A stretch of 64,000 nucleotides of DNA from NCBI GenBank assembly GCA_009914755.4, contig CP068257.2, positions 35,616,001 to 35,680,000 of the forward strand, given 5' to 3'. The notes under the pieces were generated by a model, which did no database searches, was not told where the DNA came from, and saw nothing but the letters and a program-made list of their open reading frames with translations. A program made the translations under genes and the position numbers. Positions within the stretch are counted from its first letter, which is position 1. Each line of letters opens with the position of its first letter. Source of the stretch: the human T2T-CHM13v2.0 reference genome, Homo sapiens. Positions 33,270 to 48,222 of this stretch are shown piece by piece.

Positions 33270-33335
33270 GAAGCACCTGGCGGGGACGCACCTGGCGGGA
33301 ACGCACCCACCTTGGCGGAGACGCACCTGGCGGGA
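33270..33335. repeat. Tandem array of four copies of a 15-20 bp unit, each holding a CACCTG/CAGGTG E-box. It sits in intron 1 directly downstream of exon 1.
   Basis: Read directly: gaagcacctggcgggg / acgcacctggcggga / acgcacccaccttggcggag / acgcacctggcggga. Confidence 0.7.
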
Positions 33336-33443
33336 CAGCCCTGCCCCGCCTAGGGACGCGGGACGTGCGCAGAGCGATGGAGACAGCGGAACCTGCAGAC
33401 CCGCCCAACCCCACCTCCATCCCCACCCCCAGCCCCCACTTAC

Positions 33444-33500
33444 CCCGGCGTGATAAACTTTATTCGCTCTTTTAATCTTGATGTCCAGGGCGGTCCCCAT
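33444..33500 (-). CDS. VPS26C: VPS26C/DSCR3 coding exon 1. ATG at 33498-33500 (minus). Encodes MGTALDIKIKRANKVYHAG and ends on a complete GGG codon followed by donor GTAAGT.
   Basis: Reverse-complement translation matches the N-terminus of human DSCR3. The provided ORF track shows MEMGTALDIKIKRANKVYHAG at 33150..33506(-). Donor is gtaagtggggg. The ATG has a Kozak-compatible context. Confidence 0.9.
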
Positions 33501-33700
33501 CTCCAATTCTCCGCAGCAGCCGCCACTTCCGGCTGCGCGTGACCCCAGGGAAACAAGGGGCGCCTCCCCGCTTCGTTCTGGGCCCCGCCCCTTTCCCTCT
33601 CTGCCGGCAGTGGCTCACGTGACCTCGCAGCGGCGTCGCACACACTCCCTAGCTCCGAGGGGCGAATGCCCCACGCCTTCCTCCTTCCGGCACAAGAGCC
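33501..33700 (-). promoter_or_regulatory. VPS26C: DSCR3 core promoter and 5'UTR. TATA-less, carrying an ETS/GABPA motif, a CACGTG E-box and an Sp1 GC-box.
   Basis: On the minus strand CCGGAAGTG lies about 25-33 nt upstream of the ATG (plus 33525-33533 cacttccgg). tcacgtga is at plus 33614-33621. GGGGCGGGGC is at plus 33583-33592. No TATA box is present and the region sits inside a CpG island. Confidence 0.6.
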
Positions 33701-35100
33701 GGCCTTAGTGCGGGCCGAAGCGCTGTCACGGTTCACCCCGCCCCCTCTGGGCGTGAAAGACGGGGCCAAGCTAGCCCCACCCCTTCCGTAGGGACAGTCT
33801 TACGCCGGAAATGCTCCTTTGCTGTCCGGGTTAGCGGAGGGAGGGAGGAACGGCTCTCCCCGCGTGCCCCGCGGCTGGAGGCGGAGCCGAGCCTGTCTGT
33901 CGGTTGCAGCCTGCGCAGGAAGGATGACGCTCCCGTCAGGCTGTGCGGCGCAGACGGTCGCCCAATGGAGTTGTCTTTCAGGAGGTTTTAACTTGGTAAT
34001 GCCTGCCCTCCTCAAATGTCCTTAGTCTCCTCAACTCTAGCCCTCCACCGCTTTCTCCCTGGGGTTCTGAAGAGCCGGCGCCCCCTTGTCTGTCTGCGGC
34101 CAGGCGCCGCACCCTGCCCTTCCCGCGGGAGCGGTTCCGGTCACCCTCAGGGGTGCGGCCCCTGCGTGCTAGTCCTGCAAAGCGCTGATTGGCCGGCGGC
34201 TCGGTTGCCTCGCGTCCCAGCGCCAGCTGGGCCTAGGGCCAAGGTCTCGGGAAGCGCCGGGTGACCTCGCTCCTCTCGGAGCCGCGGGCGCTGGGTCACC
34301 CGCCAGCCGGGCTCCGCGGGCCGCGAGGGATTGTGGGTGTTCCCCAGGCGCGTGTCCTGGAACCGGGTGTTAAATATTCAGATCCGTGCGCCCCGCGCTG
34401 AAGGGTGGAAAGGCACGGCCCCCAGGCTCTGGGGCTTGGAGATTGGTTGCAAATGAAAGACTGAAAGCTGGAGTGAATCTGCCTATTATTTTTATTCCCA
34501 GCAACAGCTGACCCCAGATACAGTTTGTGGGGGTGGGGGGCGTTACTGCAGGGCAGGGCAGTGCACTGTTAACGTACTTCGTTTATTGAGTTAAAATCTC
34601 TTGTAAATGTTATAAATGAGGATTTTGCCAATAAGCAGAAGGTCAAATTTCATTTTGACAAATGATTTAATTAAATAATGCGGTGAAAAGTGCTTTTTGT
34701 TTAAATTCTTTGCTTTTTGTTTAAATTCTTTGATTCTGATCATTATTTTTTAAAGTGCATTGCTTTTGGGATAACATCAGAAACTATCTGTAAAAAGAAT
34801 TAGTATCACGAATGCCTCCCTCTTAAGAATATAAAATGTTTTACAGGCCAGCAGTGATGGTGCTGCAGCTACAATTGCATTTGAAGGTTAATAAATGGTA
34901 TTTTCAAATATTCAGGTCTTGGTTTGCAGCTCCTCTCTGCCCTCAGGGCTTTGGTCTCTGTCTTCAATGTTTTCCTGGCAATTCAAAACTCAGCGATTTT
35001 AGAACAATTCATTAGGGACTTGAAAATCACAGTCTAGTCTATTTGAATTCAAGAAGTGGATCCCTTTCCGCTAGACTCACCCATCATTTTCAAGTGGTAA

Positions 35101-35468
<368 letters not shown>

Positions 35469-37769
35469 CTCCAATCGCTATCCTTTTAAATCTTTTCCAT
35501 CCCTCACTCACACCTTAGATGATACCTTAACTTTCTGGTCCATTTGAGTTACCAAAAATCAGACCGTGTTAAAGTGTCGATCTCATGTCTCAAGTGGGAC
35601 CCTAAATCCCTTAGTGTGAGTGGGAAGGTGCAAAGCGTGGTTCTGGCATGCAGACACTTCTCAACGTACCTCTGCAAGGCCTGGCTTCTGTGTTGAGATA
35701 AGGAAGAGGAGAGAAAATGAGACAAATATCTCTTAACTAGCCACTGCTGAATTTTCTTAGTTGATTCCTGCCTCTCTGGTAACTGTCTCGTTTAAAATTC
35801 CTTTCGTGGGGTACAGATGGGGAGGTCGGGTGGGGCCTTCTCCCTGCCGCACAGTTCCATGGGAGATCTTTTCCATCACCCGCCCCCGCCGCCGTCAGCA
35901 CCGGGCAGTACACTCAGCCTCTCAGGCAAGATCACTCAGGACCATTTATCTTCCGCATAGGAAGAATTTGACCCAGGAGAAATACACATCTTTGCCACAC
36001 AAAAGGGCTGGACTGAAGACCACCCCGTGGCTACTCCTCTCTCCCCTGCTATATCCCTCTTCAATTTTGTTGTTCCCCCTTGCCATACAGACAGGGATAA
36101 GTCAGCAAGAGTGCTGGAGGAACAGATCTGCAGGCAACAAATAGAATACCAGACTCCCCTTCCAGCAGGCCCTCTGATACCTTGGAGAGATTGTCCTATG
36201 TCCTTCCCAGCTACATCACTTCCCACCAGAAACACCGTCCTCCGCAATACCGACTGCCTCCTTTCATTCCTTCCCCTGCCTTCCTGTATAGATTGAGGAG
36301 AGGACTGGGGAAGTATTTGGTGGAAGCGGGGCCAGATCTGCAGCTTTTTATTAAGCCCTGGGGGAAGTGGCCCCAATTATAGGCATCTTTCATTAGGAGA
36401 TGGAGTACTATGCCTGTAGTTTTCCATTGTGAGCCTAGTGCCAATTCTGGGACAATAGTAGAGGTCCCACTAAACATCTTTAAGTGGGTGCTATGATTCT
36501 CTGCGCAGACTCTTCCTGCAGGACTGGAGGACATGTTCCCTGAGCTGCTAGGAGTATTGGTCTCAACAGTTTTCAGCTAAGTCACTCTTCAAAGCTTGCC
36601 TTTAATGAAGAAAACTGCCTTGCCCAAGGTCATTCCCCCTTCTAGGGGGCAGCCCACACTTGACAATTAATCCATTTAGGATATAGAGGCCTCTCCGTTG
36701 TTCCAGTTTAGGACAACTCTGAAGGACCATTCCATATTCAAAACTCCCAGTATTAGTTAAATACTGATGTGTAGCAAATTACCCCAATCTGTAGTAGCTT
36801 TAAATAACAAACGTCTCATTATGTCTGCGAGTTGGGAACTCAGGAGCAGCTTCCCTGGGTGTTCCTGGCTCAAGGTGTCAGATTCTTGCAGTTGTCTGAA
36901 GGCCTGTTGTCGGCTGGAAGATCCAGTTCCAAGATGGCTCCCTCACATGGCTGAGGTTGGGAGCACTCACTTCCACTCCACAGGCTGCTTGAGAAGCCTC
37001 ACAGTATGGCAGCTAGCTTCTCCCAGACCAGTCAATCAAGAGAGAGTGCAATTAGGGAGCTGCAATGCCCTGTGAGGCCAAGTATCTGAAGGACATCTAC
37101 TTTTCTTCTCTTCATCAGAAGACAGTCACTAAATCCCACTAATTCCATTTGGGAAGGGGAATTTAGCTCTACCTATGGAAGGGAGGGTCAAAGAATTTGA
37201 GGACATATTTTAATCCACTACGCTCCGCATTGAATCCTGCTTCCTACACCCAAACCCTGTGCGCCTGTTGATCCTGAGAGCATCTCCCCAATAAACTTCC
37301 TGCATGTTAAATCTCCATCTTGTATTCTGCCTTCTGGCAACCTAACCTCAACAATCCAGTTATGCTAGTTTCATAATAACCCTCATAATAACCCTCAAGA
37401 CACTCTTGTGATACAGGAAAAATTACTATTTCCTCACCTTACAAAAGGGAAGACAGGCACAGAAAGATTAATGTACTTGCCCAAGGTCATATAGCAACTA
37501 AGTGGCAGCCACCAATTCTGACTCCAGAGTTCATATAGGCAATTGCTGATCAATGCGCTACATACATGCACACAACAAACGCCTGGGTGCATAACAATGG
37601 GGGGCTCATGATCTTAATCAAAAGACTGGACAAAAGACTGCCAATCAAATGGGAAAATCCAGCAGAGGTGCAATGTCAGAGTCAAAGGCAATCTTAAAGA
37701 GAGGAATGGGGGGTCATTGTATCAACTGATGGTGAAGATAGAATATTAAAACTATTGCAGAATAGTATA

Positions 37770-38810
<1,041 letters not shown>

Positions 38811-39061
38811 TGGCCACTAAGAACATCTCAATGTTGATTATGTACAAGTTTGATTAAGGATGTCCTGGATACCTTAACTACCACAACTTACACCACTTGG
38901 CAGTTAAGACACACTTTCTCAAATAACAAAATGTGAAGCATTCTTTGTAAACAAACACATAAAAATACAATATTTGTTTTTTATAAACAATATATATGAA
39001 ATTTATATATAAATAAAGAAAAATAAAATTTTAAAATAAAATTTAAATTAAAGATAAATTA

Positions 39062-39390
<329 letters not shown>

Positions 39391-39715
39391 AAATAGAATT
39401 TTAAAATGTAAACATACATAAAAATTTATATAAAAATGTTTAATGAATTTTATAAAAATAAAATTTATATATAAATTTTATATTTTATATAAATTTTTTA
39501 TTAAAATGTGATTGAAATACAATATTTGTTTCTTATTTGTCAAGAAACAAGTAAAAATATGATACCAGACTAAAAATAACAAAGTATGAATGCTTCACAC
39601 CAAAACCTATGGGATACAGGTAAAAAAAGAATCCTCTGAAAAATTATTGGAAAAAGTTTGGAAATTTGGTCAGAGTGAAATGATATGCTATCTGGGATTT
39701 GCTTCTAAATAACTC

Positions 39716-39895
39716 TAGGAGGAGGAAGAGGGAGAAGGAGGAGGAGGGGGAGGGGAGAAAGAGGAGGATGAGGAGGGGTGGAGAAGGAGGAGGGGGGAGG
39801 GGAGAAAGTAGGATGGGGAGGGGCGGAGAAGGAGGGGAGGAAATGGAGGAAGAGGGAAGGGGTACAGGAGGAGGAGGAGGAAAGGTTTTATTCAC
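39716..39895 (+). repeat. Polypurine (GGA/GAGG-rich) low-complexity tract, about 180 bp.
   Basis: ggaggaggaagagggagaaggaggaggagggggaggggagaaagaggaggatgaggagggg... with almost no pyrimidines on the plus strand. Confidence 0.9.
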
Positions 39896-41144
39896 TCATT
39901 CACTCTGCCTTTGTATACACTTGAGTTCCATAACAAAAGAAGAGAAGATAAATTTACAAAGTAGGATAATATTTTTGAAATATTAAGCTGAAGTATTTTT
40001 AAAATTCCTTGTCATTCCCAGCAGGTGCCCCTCAACTCTCTCTCCATCAAGTTTATACCCTGAAGCAAAAAATGTGTGTTGAAGAGCACTTTGCCAAAGA
40101 TCTGAAACATGGTTTGGTCTAGAGGAAGGGGAATAGAATGAGAAGAGCAGAAGTAGCTCCTGGGGTGGGATCCAGCTGTATTTCATGCTTGGAGTCAACG
40201 TCCCAGTTGGGGTTAGAAATGCGCAGGGCAATAGAAAACATGACAGGAAACTCGGAGCTCGAGAGAGAAGAATCAAATGATTAAAATAACCCAAAAGTTA
40301 GAGGTATGGGCTGAGTCAGCCAAGGGGGAGTCCCGGCTCTTTCTAGCGGTCCCTCTAGTGTGCTATTGCCTGTGCAGAGATGGGATTTTGAGACACTCCA
40401 GCTGGGACGTTGGCAGATAGGCAAGGGACATGGCATTTTTGAACCATATGCCTCTCTCCATCCCAAGTAGAATGCTTTTGGGGAAAGGTAAGAAGGAGAC
40501 TGAGGATGTGAAAAGAGAATTCTAAAACACTGGCTATCAGCTGGGTTCCAACTGAATAATGAGACTGATTTTCTTCTCCCCTGTCCTCAGCAGAAATGGT
40601 TACTGGGGAGCTAAACTGGGTTAATTTATAGAGAAATGAAGACTGGTACTTTTTTGGTCATCTATATGTATGCCTGTAAATTTTGAAACAGCCTACGTAT
40701 GCAAAAATCAATAGGCATTACGATTTAACAGCAACAACCAGTTAGAAAATAAAATGAAGATACAGACTGTATTCTCAATAGCAATCAAAATATAAAATAT
40801 TTGGAGTAATTTGAATGTGATCTATGTTTTAGTTACATGAGAAAAGCTATAAGGCTGAATTAAGAAATGTGAAATATGGCAAAATAGAGATTTACAGTAT
40901 TTCTGAATAGAAAATCTATTTTAAAATGTCCAGTTGTATACAATTAATTTTTAGAGCTAATTACTCTCAATATCCTAATAAAATTTTTCATGAGGAAATT
41001 CAATGAAATTCTGTTAAAATTCTTCTGAAAAAATAAAGAAGTATTTTGAAATGACATCTCTTTAAAGAGCTAATTGTAGGAGAAAGGTTTTTACTAGGCA
41101 TAAAATATAGTATAACTGTAAGAATTAAAAGAGCATCATCCTGA

Positions 41145-41540
<396 letters not shown>

Positions 41541-42165
41541 TATTTATTTTTTATTGTATATATTCAAGTTGTATATGAAATTTCAATAAATGATAAAAGA
41601 GGCATTGCAAATCTATAAAGAACAGGGGATTACTCAGTAAATGATATTACACTAAATGCTATTTAGAAGAAAAATTCATTTAGATTTTACCATAACAGCA
41701 TATATCAAAAAAAAGGAAGAGAGAGAAGAAAAGACCTAGTTGGATTAAAGAGTTCAGGAAATAATAAAACAAGTTAAGGCACAGACTTAATGAAAAGTAT
41801 GGAAAACTTATATGAGAAAAACTACTAAAGTCTTGCATGAGACGTCACAGTAGATTTGAACAGAAGGCAAACATACCATTATCTTGGATAGGAAAGTGTA
41901 ACATCATAAAAATGTTAAGTCTCCTCTGCTTAATTTATATATTTAAATTAACACTAACAAAAATATTAATTTATTTATGGAGCCAGGCAGGTTGATTATA
42001 AAATTTATTTGGAATAATAAATAAGGGAGAATAGCCAGAACAAATCTCAAAAGAGATGAACCGGTGGGGGGCAGGGGGAGGAGGAGGAGCCTAGGACGTG
42101 TCATACAGAGAGTGGCACCTGGGACTCATTTTAGCCAGTGGAAGGCAGTGAGAGTTCTGCACCTA

Positions 42166-42475
<310 letters not shown>

Positions 42476-42494
42476 TAAAAAGGCCTGGCAACAG

Positions 42495-42793
<299 letters not shown>

Positions 42794-43456
42794 AGGCCTG
42801 ACCTGGCAACTTCTGCTTTTACATGCTGGGAGGGCTGAGTATGATGTAAGGAGCCCAGTGACCCTGATGGAGACACTGTTGAAGGACCACAAAGAGGAGA
42901 GGCCCTGAACAATATGGAGAAAGAAGGGGTGGGAGAGAGAGAGAAAACCCCAGCTCCCCCAGCGTAGCCACCAAGAATGGCCCTCCTGCCATGTCCACAA
43001 GGACCCAACATACACATGAAGCCATCTCGGGATTTCCACTCCACTGCCATAAAACTGCAGTCACGTGAACGACACAAAGTGAGACTGGCAAAAGGACCAC
43101 TCAGCTGAGCCACAGTCCACCAGTAGAATTGTGAAAAATAATACAGTGGCCATTGTCCTAAGCCACTGAGTTTTGAGGTGGTTTGTGATGCGGCAGTAGG
43201 TGACCAGATCAAATGATTACCGAAGGGGAAAAGACAGAATAGGGCAGGGAGACAGGAAGAGAAGCAAGACATCTCTGCATGTTATGTCATAGAATTTTGA
43301 CTCTGTATCCATGTAAATGTTTTAGCTAATTTAAAAAAATTTTAATTTAAAAAATTAAACCACACAGAAAAGAGAAATACAATGGAATTGTTAAAACTTC
43401 AGTGGGGTAGAGGTAGGAAGACTTTCTACATGACTGATAGAAACATCACAAAGGAG

Positions 43457-44103
<647 letters not shown>

Positions 44104-44139
44104 GTCAATTTATTATATAGAAAATTTTCCTATACATCA

Positions 44140-44525
<386 letters not shown>

Positions 44526-45564
44526 TCACATTTTGACCACAGAGGATGTGTTAGTTTTCTACAGCCGTGTAATAAATAACTATAAATGTAGAGATGCGAA
44601 ACAACACCCACTGATTAGCTCACAGCTCTGTGGGTTCAACTGGATTCTCTGCTTAGGGTCAAACAGGGTTGAGATCAAGGTGTCTGCCTGGCTGGGCTAT
44701 TACCTGGAGGCTCTGGGAAGCACCTACTTGAAAGCTCATTGAGGTGACGGGCAGAATTCAGTTCCTTGTGGTTGTAGGACTCCAGTCACGTGCCCTCGCT
44801 GACTGTCAGCAGGGACCACTCTCAGCTTTTAAAGACGTCTCTCTGATCAGTGGGCAGAGCCCCTCCATCATCAAAGCCAGCCATGGTGCATCAAATCCTT
44901 CTTGTGCTTTGAATCTCTTTGACTGCCCTTTCTGCTGCCAGACAGAGAACATTTTCTGCTTTTAAAAGGCTAATGATATTAGATTAGGCCCACCTAGAAA
45001 ATCTCCCTATTTGAAGATTAACCATGCCGGGTAACATAATCTTGGGAGTGATATTTCATCATATCCACAGCTTCCACCCTCACTCAAAGGGAGGGGATTA
45101 TAGAAAGAAGAAGGTCATTGGGGGTCATTCTTAGAATTTTGACTACCAGAGGGGATAACATTCACATCTATAATAAGAACTCTAAGACACAGGACATGAA
45201 TAACAGTTTGCAAAAGAGGAAATCAAGTAGTTAGCAGACATATGGGAAAATGTTTCACTTCAATTGAAATAAAAGAAATTCTAGTAGAAATCTTCTACTC
45301 ACAGATTAAATTAGCAAAAAATACTAAATATTGGCAGCTATGTGGTGAAACAGGCATTTCATTCATTGATGATAGCAATGTGAATGGTACAACACATGTA
45401 GAAATAAATTTGGAAATATATACCAACGCCTTTAAAATGTTTATATTCTTTGGCCCAGTAATTTGACTGCTGGGAATCTATGTAAAGATTAATCCTAAAT
45501 TTGGAAAAAAAATTTCCCAGCAATCAAGTAATCCTAAATTTGAGAAAAAAACATTTTTAAACAC

Positions 45565-45927
45565 TGATATGGTTTGGCTCTGTGTCCCCACCCAAATCTC
45601 ACTTTGACTTGTAATAATCCCCACGTGTCATGGGAGGGACCCGGTGGGAGGTAACTGAATCATGAGGGCAGGTTTTTCCTGTGCTGTTCTCATGATAGTG
45701 AATAAGTCTCACAAGATCTGATGGCTTTATAAAGCAGAGTTCCCCTACACAGATCTCTTGCCTGCCGCCATGTAAGACATGACTTTGTTCTTCATTTGTC
45801 TTCTGCCATGATTATGAGGCCTCCCAAGCCATGCAGAACCGTGAGTCCACTAAACCTCTTTCTTTTATAAATTACCCAGTCTCAGGTATGTCTTTATTAT
45901 CAGCATGAGGACAGACTAATAAAAACA
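45565..45927 (+). mobile_element. THE1-family MaLR solo LTR, about 360 bp.
   Basis: Starts TGATATGGTTTGGCTCTGTGTCCCCACCCAAATCTCAC...CCCACGTGTCATGGGAGGGACCCGGTGGGAGGTAACTGAATCATGAGGGCAGG and ends ...CAGCATGAGGACAGACTAATAAA. This is a close match to the THE1 consensus. Confidence 0.8.
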
Positions 45928-46574
45928 CCATGGTATTCACGGCAAATTATTAATAATGAAAAAGTGGAAACAATCTAATTGGCAAAATGGACATTGTTGG
46001 ATACATTACACCTTCAAATCAACAAGATATTAGGCAGTCACTGAAAACATGGTTATGCTGAAAGAAAATACAAGAAGGTCTGATAAATGGAGAAGAAACA
46101 TTCCATGTTTATGGAGTACAAGACTCAAGATGCCATCTCTCCCTCAATGCAATTGCATTCTATAATCCCAGTTTTTGGTTTAAAAATTTAAACACTTGTA
46201 TGATAATGCAAAGATCCTATAACAGCCAACACATTTTGAAAAAGTAGAGCACAGCAGGAGGATTTACACTGCCTGACTTTAAGACCTGGCATAAAACAAC
46301 AAGGATCGATGCTTAAAGAGAGATAAGCAGATCAATGGAACAGATTAGGGAGTCCAGAAATAAAACCGTATACATATGGTCAACAAAAATCATATATGAC
46401 TTTCAACAAAGGTGCCAAGGCAATTCCACAGGGACAGGAAAGCCTTTTCAACAACTGGTGCTGGAACAACTGGATATCCATACGGGAAAAAATGAACCTT
46501 GCCTGTTACTTGACACCATATACAAACATTAACTTGAAATGGATCATAGACCTAAAAGCTAATACTATAAAGTT

Positions 46575-46860
<286 letters not shown>

Positions 46861-47074
46861 CTTATGTTTGGTTTTTGCTCTTCTCACAGATATGCATTAT
46901 TTCAAAACTATTTGCCAGTAAATGAAAGTATTTACTATTCAAGTTAAAAATATTTCCTATTGAATTTAAAAAAAGTGAAAGGAAATTGACAAGAGCAGCA
47001 TTAGCATTATTTCAACTGCAAGAGCCAGAAACCAATTTATTTTTTATTTTATTTTGTTATTACTATTATTTTTG

Positions 47075-47660
<586 letters not shown>

Positions 47661-48222
47661 GAAATCAAAGTAAATAACCTTAAACCAAACACAGATGAAT
47701 TGGCTTTCCTAACTCAACCCAGGATGGAGTTGTTTTCAGTTGAGTTACATATACAAAGTCAATTTACCAGTTTCCTAATAGTCTTCTTACCATTTATAGG
47801 GGAGACATCTAAGTTATGTCAATAGGCAAATCAACGAATACTACATCACAAACAGTTTCAATATTTAAGAGGCAATAAGAGAAGGAAAGCTTGTGGAAAC
47901 CACACATTTTATTTATTACCTTCATTTCATTCTCACAGCCTAGCAATAATTCAGAGCTAACGTGTGGCAACACATCTCCACTTTCCTGGTTTGTGCGTTT
48001 GCTTCCTCCTTGCCTGTCCCAGTGCGGGGCGTCGTTTGCGATGGGGGTCCTGCCCTGTGCTGACTGTAAACCTCTTGAAGCACATCAACAATGCGCCAGC
48101 ACGTCCTGAGAGTTTGTGGACTGAAGTTATTCCAAATTCTAAAATGTAAATCCACTAAAAGAAAGTATAAGAACTGTAGCCTGAACTCGCCAAAAACAAG
48201 TCCCCCAAATGTGTGTAATGGC

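Larger units (their letters stand above)
33080..34420. promoter_or_regulatory. CpG island spanning DSCR3 exon 1 and extending about 0.9 kb upstream.
   Basis: CG dinucleotide density and GC content are very high throughout. CCAAT boxes occur at about 33962 (cgcccaatgg) and, inverted, at about 34190 (gctgattggccgg). Confidence 0.75.

Noticed and set aside
35761-36534. Overlapping 127-146 aa ORFs on both strands in unique sequence upstream of the DSCR3 CpG island.
   Set aside because: The frames are mutually overlapping and low complexity (P/S/L-rich), and I saw no splice signals. They were not reported as a gene.
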